Assembly (NCBI GenBank): GCA_043228905.1
Contig: JBHGNT010000011.1
Coordinates: 13,826,001-13,890,000 of the forward strand
Length of the DNA: 64,000 nucleotides
From: Azolla caroliniana
Lineage: Eukaryota; Plantae; Polypodiophyta
Reading direction: 5' to 3'
Shown: piece by piece, positions 1 to 13,039 of the stretch
Numbering within the stretch: position 1 is the first letter of the stretch
Layout: the number at the start of each line of letters is the position of its first letter
Program-made: the position numbers and the translations under genes
The notes under the pieces: model-generated
Seen by the model: only the letters and a program-made list of their open reading frames with translations
The model's database searches: none
What the model was told of the DNA's origin: nothing

Positions 1-1232
1 TGGCAAATATGGTTGATGTTGCTAAGGCCCTAGCTCGACCACCTGCATACACAACAAAATACTTTGGGTGTGAGCTTGGTGCCCAATCTAAGTTTGATGA
101 GAAGACTGGTACTGCTATTGTTAATGGTGCTCATGATACTGCAAAACTTGCAGGTCTTTTAGAAAATTTCATCAAGAAATATGTGCAATGCTATGGATGT
201 AGGAATCCTGAAACTGAAATTATTATCACCAAAAATCAGCTTATAACAATGAAATGTGCTGCTTGTGGATTTTTATCTAATGTTGACATGAGAGACAAGT
301 TGACTACTTTCATTCTCAAAAATCCTCCTGAGCAGAAGAAAAGTGGTAAGAAGGGAATGAGAAGAGCTGAAAAAGAACGCCTGAAAGAAGGAGAGGCTGC
401 GGATGAGGTAAAAAAGGGTAAGAAAACAACCAAAAAGAAAGGGCAAGAAGAGAACGGCCATGTCATTAAGAAGAAAGCAGCTCCGGCATCTGATGGAGAG
501 AAGCATTCTTCTGGCGATAACCAACAGGATGAAACCGAGGAAGAAAGTGATGATGATGATATCCAGTGGCAAACAGATACCTCTGCTACAGCAGCACAGC
601 AGCGTATTCAAGAACAATTAACTGCGGCTACTAGCGAGATGGTCATGATCAACACTATACCTTGCAATCCTGATGTTGCCAAGCCAAATTCAGGGAAAAC
701 TAAAAAGGTCGATCCAGAACTTGAAGTTAAAATGAAGGATTCTAACTCGAAACAGGATGGTTTATCAAGCAATAAAGAGGATCTTCATGAGAAGCTTGTA
801 CAGGATTTTAGGAAGTCTTTGGCAAGTGACTTCGACAGCAACTTAGTGTCTGCGCGTTTGCATGCATGTGATCCCAAATCTAAGCAGGAAACTATGAACG
901 CATATTTTGGAGCCTTGTTTTTTGGAACTTCCAAGGGTCTTGCACGAGAAATAGAGAAGAAAAAGAACTTTTTGTCTCAGGTAATAAATGACCAGCAGGA
1001 TCAGGAACTATTGCTTGGTGCTGTTGAGGGATACTACATCACTCAATCTCTAGAAGTTCGTAAAGAAATTCCTCTGGTGTTAAAGGTCCTGTATGACTTG
1101 GATATCATTGAGGAGGAGATGATAGTGCATTGGTATGACAATGGTTCAGGTGATAACCAGATTAAGAAGCATGCCAAGCTATTTGTTGAATGGCTTCAGA
1201 ATGCTGAGTCTGAGGAGTCTTCCTCAGAGTGA
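1..1232 (+). CDS. eIF5: Eukaryotic translation initiation factor 5, 5'-partial (about 40 N-terminal codons lie upstream of the window)
   Basis: Contains AKALARPPAYTTKYFGCELGAQ, the C2-C2 zinc ribbon (CYGC...CAAC) and a C-terminal W2 domain ending FVEWLQNAESEE. The frame is open at the window start and there is no intron in the visible part. Confidence 0.95.
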   Translation, partial: ANMVDVAKALARPPAYTTKYFGCELGAQSKFDEKTGTAIVNGAHDTAKLAGLLENFIKKYVQCYGCRNPETEIIITKNQLITMKCAACGFLSNVDMRDKLTTFILKNPPEQKKSGKKGMRRAEKERLKEGEAADEVKKGKKTTKKKGQEENGHVIKKKAAPASDGEKHSSGDNQQDETEEESDDDDIQWQTDTSATAAQQRIQEQLTAATSEMVMINTIPCNPDVAKPNSGKTKKVDPELEVKMKDSNSKQDGLSSNKEDLHEKLVQDFRKSLASDFDSNLVSARLHACDPKSKQETMNAYFGALFFGTSKGLAREIEKKKNFLSQVINDQQDQELLLGAVEGYYITQSLEVRKEIPLVLKVLYDLDIIEEEMIVHWYDNGSGDNQIKKHAKLFVEWLQNAESEESSSE

Positions 1233-1971
1233 ATTTGGATTTCTGAATGAATTGCTTAGGCCACAGCTAGGTTAAGAACATGCCAAGCTATATGTTGAAT
1301 GGCCGCAGAATCCCTAGTTTTGAGAAATCCTCTTCAGAGGGAAATAGGTTTAGTAATCTTCTTTTCAAGTGTGTTTGTTGAACTTTTTGGTTTGGTGTGC
1401 TTTGTTTTCTCATCCGCAGATGACCTTTTTGGTGTGATGTGTGGTGCATCTTTCTGATGCAAATAATGGCGTTCTGTACTGAATGCAATATGATGGATGT
1501 TATTTTATGGAATCAGTGTATTTAAGGCTGATTTAAATATCAAATGAACCTTCTTATGTTATCAGACAAATTTTCTGGTTTTGGAGTGTTTTGTTTTCTC
1601 CTTAATAGACAAACTTTTTTGGTGTGGGGTGTGGTGCATCTTTGTAATACAAATAATTGGACTCTTTTACTGATAATGAATGTTTTCTTATGGAATCAGT
1701 AATCTGAAGGTCCACTTGAATATCAAATGTTTGTGTGGTGTGGTATTTTGGATAGATATCGTTTTGTTTCTCAGATTGAACCAAGTTTATGTTGAATCTT
1801 TACCCCTTATTGGAAACAGTTGTCAATGATGCTGGGTCACAGTAATGTTGATGGAGGATAAGCCTCCTAGAGAAGGTTTTATAGACTTGACTGAATTAGC
1901 TGTTTCTCCTACCCATGTGGAGATGGTAGACTTGACTGAATTAGCTGTTTCTCTTACCCATGTGGAGATGG
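1162..1971 (+). repeat. Local tandem duplications at the eIF5 3' end and 3' UTR
   Basis: 1162-1235 (last codons) is re-copied in degenerate form at 1272-1345. 1383-1546 resembles 1571-1729. A ~45-bp unit tagacttgactgaattagctgtttctc...ggagatgg occurs twice at ~1882-1971. Confidence 0.75.
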
Positions 1972-2864
1972 TTTAGGGGCGTAGTTATTAAAAAAATGTG
2001 TAAATGCATTCATGTGGTTTGAGGTAGGTCGCAAGAACTCTGGCAAAAGTCTACAAATGTCTTTATTTATCAATGAAGGCCTCTGAAGGAGGATAGCCTG
2101 ATATGTGCTTTCAGTTTTACTTTAAATTGATATATAGTAAACTAAGCTGCAACTGTTTTTTTGCTGGTATACACATACATTTATATATCTTGTGAAGTGA
2201 ATTTGTGAGATCTTGTGCAGAAGGATGGTGTACCATAAGCCCATGGTCAAAGCCCATTCTTGAGTTCGAAGTATGCAACCTCTGAAATCGATGAATAATG
2301 TATGCAGGATCTTTAGAGGGACAAAACATGGCAGTATCAGCCAAGCATCCTCTGTACAAAATGGGATTAAATAGCAGTCAATATAATAAGACAATAATCT
2401 GGTCTGCACATTCCCGCCACAAATGTCTCATCTATTCATTCTGCAGCAGTTGGGCCACGTTTCCTAACCATTATTGTGCTTCCAGTTGCGATATGTATGC
2501 TATATTCTTGTTTCAACAACCGCATGAGACTGATGATCAGATAGCAAAAGCATTTAGCCAACCAGGACCAGTAATGGAGCCACAGGGATGTGCTGAGAGG
2601 TGCATTTTGTATTTCTGAGAGGAACACAATAAGTGAATCGGCATGCAGCAAGCTATAAAGAGTGGGTTCTATTGGACATGTCTAATGGGGATGATCAGAG
2701 GAAGCTGCAGAAATCTCGTAAGTAGAGATGGTCATCATCAGCAAAATGTCATCTCAACTTGTTGAAGTTGAAGGACACTTCAATGAGAATGGCAAAGCAG
2801 TGCTTATCCTTCTTCATGATGAAGGATGATAATTAAAGGCTATAATTAGGAGGGGAATATTATA

Positions 2865-3173
2865 GGGAAAAGTACCACGATACCCCTGGAAGTTCATCTA
2901 TTTACCAGAATGCCCCTGAAAGTTCTAAATTTACCAAATTACGCCTATGTCCAAAAAATTACACTTTATAAAGTAATTATACACTCAAATCTTTGGTAAA
3001 TAGGGCTGGTGCGGGTCCATTTCTTCCACCTTTGATAGGGCTTGTAGATTTGAGTGTATAATTACTTTATAAAGTGTAATTTTTTGGACATAGGGGTAGT
3101 TTGGTAAATTTGGAACTTTCAGGGGCATTATGGTAAATAGACGAACTTCCAGGGGTATCCTGGTACTTTTCCC
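2865..3173. mobile_element. Mutator-like MITE, copy 1 (309 bp)
   Basis: ~125-bp terminal inverted repeats GGGAAAAGTACC...GGTACTTTTCCC. Perfect 9-bp TSD AATATTATA at 2856-2864 and 3174-3182. A second copy lies at 52062-52375. Confidence 0.92.
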
Positions 3174-4822
3174 AATATTATATTCAGAATATTGACTGGC
3201 GGCGGGCTGCGGTGCTGGACCATTTGGATCAAGGTTTGGACGATTGATGCATCTTTCACAGGGACATGAATGTGGCTAGCTGACAACAGAGATGGGGATT
3301 GGTGACAGTTCGGGTTGGCAAGTGAGATGGAGCACAAATGAAGCTTGGTAATCATGCCATGGGACTTCACGATACATGGTACGGAGTTCTTCAACATCAC
3401 AGCCAAGACCACAGTAAGATTGATATGTACAGCTTTGGTGTGTTCAATGGATTGTGATCTCCAAGTCACAACATCACATGGAAACTGACGACCCCTCATC
3501 AGAACTACACAGACAAGTTATATCTTGATTCATAAGACAACTTTATCATGACAATAATCAGGCAATCAACCATCCCTGCCACACAAGATGAGGTGCTAAC
3601 TATAAACACATGAGAATAATGTGCATCTATCAAATACTGCATAATTTCTTTGCACAATGAACTTCTCTTCGCAAATTGGCACACATTGAAGATTGCATTG
3701 AACCTGCATCACAGCAATTAGATCTCAAATAAACTAGTGCTATGCCTAACATTGATCATATTTAAAATACTTATTCCTTGGTCAGAAGGCATAATGCAGT
3801 AATAACCGAAATTAACTCAATGTAGATATGCCAAAGCGAACTTGTCTAAATGTATTTTCAAAATTAATGAAAGCTGTATATTTCTCTTTCAAAATTCTGT
3901 AATAAATTATTGTGGCCATGTTACTTTAGCTATGCATTAATACCAATATTCCCTCATATTATCATCTTTGAGGCCCTTGTTCCAAAGAGATGAGACAGAC
4001 AGCAAGAGAGACACTGGTTTTCCAAGAAAGGGTAAATTACAAACCTGAAGACCATCCAGTAACCTGGATCACTTCACGATTAATATATTTTTCAGTTGTC
4101 TTAGGCATAGCATTTTGAAACATGACTCAATTAGGTGGAATTAAGTCTATGTTCACACAATACAATCCATACAAGCCTGATCAGCGGAAAAATGCCTCTG
4201 CTTGGAGAGATGGATGATGTCACATTCGTTGGAATTGTAGAATTTTAACAACAAAATTCATTCAAACCCTATATCCACAACAATTGATTAATTTGTTATG
4301 GACAGGAATCCTCAAGAAGACAAGCGTGATACTCATTCTAAGTCAATGTCTTTGTCATCAGGATCATTATAAGAAGTATTCATTAATTATATACAACATA
4401 GGGCAATAAGTGTTAGTATAACGCCAATTTAACAGTGTATCATTTAATTTCCCTTCTTACTGATCATATAAAACCCTTCTCTTGCCAACTGTACGATCCA
4501 ATCTTGTGGGATTTTTCAAAATAATAAGTAATATCATAGTAAGGTACTCATCACCGATGTGAATTATCTGCAACATGCATGGTTCCATCCAATTCTTCAT
4601 TGGCATAAGCAATGGCCAAATTATCAGAGTGTACATAGTAAAACCTGAGACAAATTGAGAGATTATTGGAGAAAATGTTATGCTGCAAAGTCTTGCAGAA
4701 GATCTCTATATTATTTTTGCACAGAGATCTTTACTCTTAAGGGTGCATTGTATATACCCCCACCAGAAAATTAGCAAAAACATCTCCACTTACATCAATT
4801 CACATGCTATTAATAGCTTGGC

Positions 4823-6880
4823 TTATGCAAAGCAAGCCATATTTTCCGATCTCAGCGCTTCAACGTTTACGGCATCTTCTTGCATGCCAGCAGACATATA
4901 AATATCAGTCATAAGGACATAAGCTGCAGCACAACTGTGGTCTAGTTGTACTACATGATCAAAAGCCAATCTCCCAATCTTCACGTTTCCCCACTTTCTA
5001 CAAACACCCAATAATGCAAGCCAAACTGAAGGGCAGCCAGAGCATGGAATTGTTTGAATCAGCGACATTACCTTTCCGAAATGCCCAGCACATCCGTAAA
5101 CCACCACCATGCAAGTCTGGTGTTCTAAGCTTGGTGTGAGACCATATTTTCTAGTCATATCCTCGAACACTATTTGGGCATCATCCAATAGCCCTGAATG
5201 ACTACATGCATTCAGAATGCATAGAAAGGTGACCATATTTGGAAGGATCCCCTCACCTTGCATCTGTTCAAAACAGTCCAGTGCCTCTTGTCCTCGTCCT
5301 TGTTGGGCATAACCAGCAAGCATTGCATTCCAAGATATAGTATCTCGGGAAGGAAGCTTTTCAAGCACTTGTTGTGCTTTTGCAGGAAACCCACATTTAG
5401 CATACATGTCTACCAATGCATTGCCTAGCACGATATCTTTCTTCAGCAAACCACTACTGCTTAGCTCCTTGTGGATTCCTTCTCCCTTATCGATCGCTCC
5501 TGTGCTGCCACAGGCATTCAAGACACAAATAAAGGTTACCACATTTGGAGTTGCACCCTGACATTGCATTCGCTCAAAACAGTTCAACGCTTCTTGCCCT
5601 TGCCCATGTTGGGCATACCCTGCAATTAATGCTGACCAGGAGACTATGTCTTGAACACAAATGTTGTCATGAACGTGTGTTGCTTCTACAAGATTGCCAC
5701 ATTTCACATATATATCCACCAACACATTACCAAGCACATCATTTTTCTCTAATAATCCCCTCATGACAATGTCATTATGGATTTGTTTTACCTTGTTCAT
5801 GGTTTTTGTGTGGTCACAGGCCTTCAAGATACAAATATAAGTGACTACATCAGGTGAGAGACCTTCATCGTGCATTCGCTCAAAACATCTCAGAGCTTCA
5901 AGATGTTGTCCTTGCTTGGAATATCCTGCAATTAGCGCAGACCAAGAAACTACATTCCGAACTGGAAGCTCTTCAAGCACTTTTTGTGCTTTCACAAGCA
6001 TACCACATCTTGCGTACATATCCAACAAAGCATTTCCAAGCAAAATATTCTTCTTCAAAAACCCCCTTCTTGTAATCTCATCATGAATTTCCTTGCCCTT
6101 GTCAACATCTCCAGTGCTGCCACATGCCTTCAAGATGGAAGTGAAGGTGACAACATCCGGTGAAAATCCCTCTCTTTGCATTTGTTCAAAACATTGAAGA
6201 GCTTCATGGCCCTGTTCATGTTGAGCATATCCTGCAATCAAAGCCGACCATGCGACCGCATCTCTTACGTGAAGCTCTTTAAGCACTTCGTGAGCTTTTA
6301 CAAGAAGACCACATTTGGCATACATATCTACCAAAGCAGTGCCAAGAACAACATTTCTATACAGCAAGCCCTTGCGTATAACCTCATCATGAATAAGTTT
6401 TCCCTTACTAACATCTCCCACATTGGCACAAGCCTTCAAGATGCATGTGAACGTAACCCCATCGGGAGAAAGACCTTCACTTCGCATTTGTTCGAAACAG
6501 TTCAATGCATCATGGCTTCGGCCACAGTGGGCATACCCTGAGATGAGTGCATTCCAAGTGATCAAGCTTTGAGTCGGGAGTTCATCATGCAGAGTTTGTG
6601 CTTTGGCAAGTTCACCACATTTAGCATACATACTGATCAAACTGCTGGCAACATGGGGGCTCTTCTCAAGCAACCCAGCTTCCAGGATGCTGCCGTGTAG
6701 TTTAATGCCTTGACATAGATCGTTCTTCTTGCTGCAATCCTTGAGCAGGGCGACAACAGAAAAAGCATTCATTAGCAAACGTGTGATTAGAATCGATACT
6801 CCATCAATGCATTCCGATATAATAATAAAAAGGTCCAATACATCAGTGCAATCATGAGAATGGAAAATGAATTCATTCAC
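4823..6880 (-). CDS. PLS-class pentatricopeptide repeat protein, E subgroup (no DYW domain)
   Basis: 685-aa intronless ORF of repeated P-L-S triplets (WSALIAGYAQ / TFTCILKAC / LGNALVDMYAKCG) followed by E1/E2-type motifs (VWLALLGVCRKWGN, AAYVLMTDIY). The start is uncertain (ATG 6880 or 6772). Confidence 0.92.
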   Translation of the reverse strand: MNEFIFHSHDCTDVLDLFIIISECIDGVSILITRLLMNAFSVVALLKDCSKKNDLCQGIKLHGSILEAGLLEKSPHVASSLISMYAKCGELAKAQTLHDELPTQSLITWNALISGYAHCGRSHDALNCFEQMRSEGLSPDGVTFTCILKACANVGDVSKGKLIHDEVIRKGLLYRNVVLGTALVDMYAKCGLLVKAHEVLKELHVRDAVAWSALIAGYAQHEQGHEALQCFEQMQREGFSPDVVTFTSILKACGSTGDVDKGKEIHDEITRRGFLKKNILLGNALLDMYARCGMLVKAQKVLEELPVRNVVSWSALIAGYSKQGQHLEALRCFERMHDEGLSPDVVTYICILKACDHTKTMNKVKQIHNDIVMRGLLEKNDVLGNVLVDIYVKCGNLVEATHVHDNICVQDIVSWSALIAGYAQHGQGQEALNCFERMQCQGATPNVVTFICVLNACGSTGAIDKGEGIHKELSSSGLLKKDIVLGNALVDMYAKCGFPAKAQQVLEKLPSRDTISWNAMLAGYAQQGRGQEALDCFEQMQGEGILPNMVTFLCILNACSHSGLLDDAQIVFEDMTRKYGLTPSLEHQTCMVVVYGCAGHFGKVMSLIQTIPCSGCPSVWLALLGVCRKWGNVKIGRLAFDHVVQLDHSCAAAYVLMTDIYMSAGMQEDAVNVEALRSENMACFA

Positions 6881-8465
6881 TACAGCTTAACGCTGTATAT
6901 GAGAAGTCTTATGCCGTTCAAAAATCCACAGTAAACATCTAAGCACCACTTTTTACATTGTATGAGGACCAATCTTGACTCAAGACATCAAGAATCAGAC
7001 ACTTCAACTTCTAGCAGACTTTGAATGCATGTTTGCATGACCTTCTCGCCCAACAAGTTGGTTTTCATTTACTTGGGAGTGAATTTAATGCCCCTAATTT
7101 TTCAGGTCACATTTTTTTCATGCATTAACAATCTCTTCTGGGTTTTCATTGACTGCATATTGAGGTTTGTAGTGATCAATATAAGTTGACCCTAAGACAT
7201 GCAAAATTTTATGTCAAACGGTGATGGAAACCATGACCATGACCTCCATTATGTTCATTAGCTTTTTACAACCATGATGCATTCTAGGATATGATATAAT
7301 GTATGCTTGGTCTTATTAGATGGATCCAATAGTTGAAAAACATGAAGCCAAGACAAACAACGTTTTGTCTTGTTGCTTATTTACAATTGACATTTTGATA
7401 TGCCAAGCAAAGGTTTCACAAGAAGTGGTAGACCTAGAAGCAACAATTACTATATTATTAGAGGTTCATGTTATGCAAACCATTGGTGCATTATCCACCA
7501 AATTGACACAATAGATTTTTGTGACATACTATGAATCAACCAACATACTAACATGAGGGAATCACTAATCATTATAAAAACCAAATATTATCATGACCAA
7601 AACTTCTAGAAAGAAACAAACGTCCAAGCCAATGAGATCACGTCAATAACTAGATCACCAACATTGAAAATTGTTTGTACCCTAGATGGTTTAGTGTTGA
7701 TGTTTGTCATACTAACTAGAACGTTAGTATTTTGAATGATATTCATCTAGATTAACCCCTAGGATAATAGTGTATTCCCTAGTTTTTTGTACTTGGAATA
7801 GTTCGTTCAGTTCTATGACACACATATATGCCCCTATCAAACAAAGACGTGGGTCTTACATCCAGGGATGGTATATGCCAAATGCAGAAAGTTTCATAAT
7901 CTACAAAGCAGAATTCGAGATCTCTAACTAAGCATTCCTGCTTTAATATTGCAAAAGATGTGGGTCTTACATCCAGGGATGGTATATGCATCTAATATGT
8001 AGATGGTTTCCAATCAAAACATTTCTAGTAGAACAATTCCATCAAATCGCTGCACATTAGAATGCAAGCTCGTCTTCATAAATTACATTGCAACTATTTT
8101 TCACAATAGATGAACTAACCAAAACATGGTTGCCCTTGCACCAATGTAAATTCTATGACAAATCCAATAAAAATTAGCAAGCGCAGTTCACAAATTCTAT
8201 GATAAATAACAAAAATCTTTGAGATTTTAATTAATCCAAAGTAAATCGAATGTAAAGAGGATAAGATGTGCAGAAGAATATCTTCCCAGGTAGAGATATA
8301 AATGGACCACATATTGGCAGCTAAATAAAAATGTCTCCTCTTAATGTAGGTATGAAGATTCAATTGCCTATAATTGATGGGATGATACTCCAGAAGTCCT
8401 AAACTAGGTTGCAAATGTATCAAGGTTTTATCACATTGAGGCAAAACTAGCAACTTTATAATTAC

Positions 8466-11400
8466 TTAACTTTTTCCATTTACTACTTTATGGCTAGCAT
8501 CATCAGATGTCCTTGATTTCATGGGCGTGGATCTCTCTGATTGAGTAAAAATAATGAATATTTGCATTAGGAAAAACACTGCTCCAAGACTTCCAGTAAT
8601 CCATGCTACCCCAATCCAACTGGAAAGCATAGGTCGTAAAAGCATCCCAGCTCCATAAAACAGTAATGCAGACCAGACAATTACCACCTGTAGACACACC
8701 CTAGTTATTTATGTCCTGTCTCGTTAACAAGAGTTGAAAAGTATTAGGTATTTCAGAATATACCAAAAGTGGTTTAATTGGCCTCGGAATAGGATTGTAC
8801 AAATCTTCTCCGAATGTGTTCTGAGATTTGTGTTTATCCAACAGATCATCCTACAAAAATAACCCAATATATGTATACTGAACTGGGTGAATTCATGAAA
8901 AACATCATCATACCTACTGTTGAAAATCCGCCACTACCAAACTATAAGGAAAGAATCTCTTTAATTATCATGGTAATAACCTTCAAGATGAAAGTATCTC
9001 TGCACCATTTTGAAAGTCCATCCTCTGTCTGAGGCAAATCAGACATAGGGCATCTCCTCACATGTAGATGGACCTGCATTTCAGATATAGACCATCATAT
9101 CAATATAGGTAAATAGGTATAAACATTAACAGGAACTCAAAGAAGCGTCTTAAAAGATCATGAGAATATATACACACATATCTTATCTATTGACTATATA
9201 TACATACTCAATATATATAGATTGAGTTAAGCAGAATCCTTCCTAGCAGCTTTCACTTTCAGCTTCTGTTAACGAAATTTTCTCTTGTATTTTAATACAA
9301 AAGAATGAGAAAGATACTGCAATTTTGTCAATGTCCAAGTTGAATGTCGTCTGACTTATATACATTGCAGGAGACTGCATTTCAGTTCCATTTTTTAGTA
9401 ACCAAAATCCTAAATGCATGTCATTCACATATATGATAATAATGCATCTTGTTCATTTTTTAGTTCCATCATAAACATTTGATTGAAACTACGAACTATT
9501 TCTGCATAATAAAATTTATTCTACCTTTGCCAAGGTAGACACTTTAATTCCTTATATATATGGCTTTCCTAACGTTTTCTCATGATGCATTAACTGATCT
9601 CAGTGATTACAGGATGGCATCAGGAGCATGAAATTACTACTCTATGCTGAGCATTACTCCCACAAAAACTGATAAGATTTGGGCTACCATAAAATTTTAA
9701 GACACGTGATGTTTCAGTAGTGAATATTTGTCTAAGCATTTTAAAGGTTTTCGCAAACAGGAGAAAATATTGCATGTTACAAGTTAAGATCACTCATGGA
9801 AAACAGGTTAAGGTCAAGCATGGAACATTACCACAGATGGTTGACCACTAAGCACCCGTTTCAGTGTAGGAGCAGGTGATTCCCTCGGAACACTGACAGT
9901 TACATCATAAACTGCTGGCACAAAATCACGCAAGTTGATAACCGCAGATACAAACCCCTGCATGTGTAATGATAATGTGGTCTTTGTAGCAGCGAAAAAT
10001 GACAGTTTAAATAAGCAGATTTCTCATCATAATAATATGAGATAAGCATGTAAATAAAACTCTTCCAAAAGAAGTATTATCTACATTGTCAAGACATATC
10101 TTGCTCTCCACAGGAAATGCTTCGTCCTTAAGACACAGTCCCATTTTTTTTCAAAGTCTCATCTTATTACAGAAACATAGCACAAAACGAAAATAGGCAG
10201 AATACGCATGTTCAAAAACCTTCCCAAGTAGAAACTCTGTATCATACATATTGTACATCATATAGATAACCTTCTCTATTGTTCCCGCTTTGTCCCCTTC
10301 CAATAGAGCCTTCACTGACCCTTTTAGGATCACAACCACATAGAACTGAATTGTATAATCAGATATAGATTTTGTGAAGCTGGATGAAGAGAGGGCTTGG
10401 ATCACAAACTCTTAGGAAGAAATGGAAAACAAGCCAACTCAACCATACAAAGAATCATCATGAACTTCTTCATATCCACAGCTCCTACATCGGTCCACCA
10501 GATCCCAACATACATTAGAGAATGCCCTAGAGGAGTAACCCAGGAAAGAGAATAACATCTGTTGAGCAAAACAGTCACGCCCTCATTGAATTCATCCATA
10601 ACCTCACTACCTCAAAAGGGTTAAAGCCATGATTGTAAATCATAAGAGCTAACGCCACGCTATTGTTATTCATTCCATGTAGAATATCCAATGAGGCACA
10701 TACCATGGAAGTGCTTCAATCTTGGCTTTTAACTGGTCATTTTGGCATTTCATAGACTATTATGTTACTTAGAATGTCCAATCAGGGACATATATGAACA
10801 AACTTCAATTTTAGCCTTAGCCTTTCACTGGTCATTTTGCATTTCATACAGTGTAATATTATTTTCTTTCTTTCTCCTTCGAGAGATCAAATTTCGTGTT
10901 ATCATTTTGCTTACCTTTGTTCGAGGTATCAGCAAGTTTCTCGGCTTCGGAAAGCCTACTGATGCGGCATATTCTTGAGCTGCCTTTAACTTAGCTTCTG
11001 TAAACCGAGTTCCTTCTACAAAGAGTGCTAACCAAAAAGGTTGTGGAAAACCATTCAGGCGTTGGAAGCCTGCCTGCATAAACATAAGGTCAAGTGTTTG
11101 GTCTCATATGTAAGCTTGATAAAATACGATGAGTAGAACATTGATACGATGACATCTTACTACAAATATCAATTGTTTTAAAATTTCATTCTTACCTTCA
11201 AAGTTCCCTCATCTTTTGACCAATTTCTTTCCAAGAAGGTGTACTCAGAGAACCACATAGACCAGCCAATGACCTTATTGAAGGCAAAGCTTAATGAGGA
11301 AAGTAAACATGTGAAAACTACACAATAAAAGCTACAATAGAAGGGTACACGATAAAATCTACAAGATTTAGATAATAATTAGCAAGGCTTCTCAAACATA

Positions 11401-13039
11401 CGAAAAGTAGTGAGTGAAGGAAGAAAGGGTAACTCACTGGCAAATATTGTGTTGCCTTCTTCATTACTGCTCTAGTGCTACCTAGACAACCTACTCGCTA
11501 CCTCCCAAAAACAATAATCAGATCATTCATCCCAACAAGAGCAACGCTTCCTTGTGCAGAAACAAAATAGGCAAACCTGTGCTAAAATCCAACCGAACAG
11601 CCAATCTAAATCACTTCGATGATTGGATATAACAAGAGCATGTTCCTTACCTGACACAACACGTCCAAAACACATTACATGTTTACTTCTACACACTTCC
11701 TTTGGAAAGACATCCTAAATATATGCTGAGTCTTAAACCACAAAATTTCTTACCAATATGTTTCCATGATTCTGGGTCCACATAAACCCGAACCTAGACA
11801 AAAGACAAGGGAAACCACATAAAATTTCCAAGTTGTTTGGTTGTGTCGGAAAAGAACGAGGTCAGTTTCAAGCTGAAGGTAAGTTATACTCATGTGAGAA
11901 GACAGTGCTTAGGTAGTTGAGAAAAGGGCTCAGTGTCAAGCTAAAGGTACACTCATGCATGAGAAAGACAAAGCTTAGGTAATAGCAGAATTAGGTATTT
12001 CTCTCCATGGAGACCGTACCTTAACTCCAGCCCACCAATCCATGAGCCACACGAGTTCAGACCATAGAATATCCATCAAGAACCGGTTTGCTGTCCTGTA
12101 GGTTCTTCGAGAAAAAGGAAGCACGAATATACAAGTAAGCACCTGAAAGGGAGGACAACAAACTATATCGTCATATTATAACTGGTTCATTTAGTTCATG
12201 ATTTATCATTGAATACACTATTTCCAGGAATAAACCCTAGATATGCACGAAATACTTGTCCAAATAACAATAAAGACTATGATTTGCACATGCACAACCT
12301 TCAGTCAAATAGTGATGAATTATGAGCAAGTGGAAAGACATTGATCATGATATTTCAATCTATGCACAGAAAGATCAATTCTATACTGTAAATAAGGAAA
12401 TGAAAATGAGCTATTTCTTGCCATAAAGTCAGAAATTCAGAATGGACTATCAAAATTCATACGGAATTATGCATGAATTTGAAAAGAGGCCAGTTACATA
12501 CAAGACACACAAAGGTCTTTCAATTCTAAACCATAATTAAGTCCTTGACATGCAAGACTGATATGGAAACAAATGACTTACAATTGCACATTTCTAGATC
12601 AAATCGTGATTCATTGGGCATGAAGAAAGCTGGTAAATACAATATATCGATTCCAAACGATAACTAAACGCAGAAAAGGTGATGTTGCCTTAAATAAACC
12701 CTAGATATACATACATGAACAAGTGCGAAATTTCTGCCTAAAGTTAATGAGAGCAGAACTCTATTGTCGTTGGAAACTAGTGTATGCACAGAAAAAGTGT
12801 GTTTTTTATGCGATATGTAAGCCCTCCAACATGACTAAAAATTCAAGCCAAATCGGCCAAAAAAAAGGGGAGTTCTAATTGCACATATATAGTGAGGAAT
12901 ACTGCATGAACCTAAACCAAAGCAGCGAGAGGTATTTTGGAATTTATTTCATCAATACCTGCAGGGCGTTCACGACGATGCCAGAGAACACGAAGAGAAG
13001 ACCAAACGGGAGAACGACAGAAAGAGAGAGGAGATTCAT
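8466..13039 (-). CDS. LPAT2: 1-acyl-sn-glycerol-3-phosphate acyltransferase (LPAT2-like), 11 exons
   Basis: Exons 13039-12959, 12142-12020, 11793-11754, 11650-11577, 11497-11438, 11273-11196, 11073-10915, 9957-9832, 9073-8981, 8850-8764, 8687-8466. All introns are GT-AG and in phase. Motifs NHRSDLD, FLERNW, FVEGTRF, LIPRTKG and the C-terminal QSERSTP match plant LPAT2. Confidence 0.95.

Noticed and set aside
3128-3499. 123-aa minus-strand ORF
   Set aside because: No recognisable motif and its 3' end runs into the MITE.
6950-10600. Copia RT relics at ~7000-7300 and in the LPAT2 intron at ~10150-10600 ([11 protein letters not shown])
   Set aside because: Similarity is too short and degraded to support without a search.
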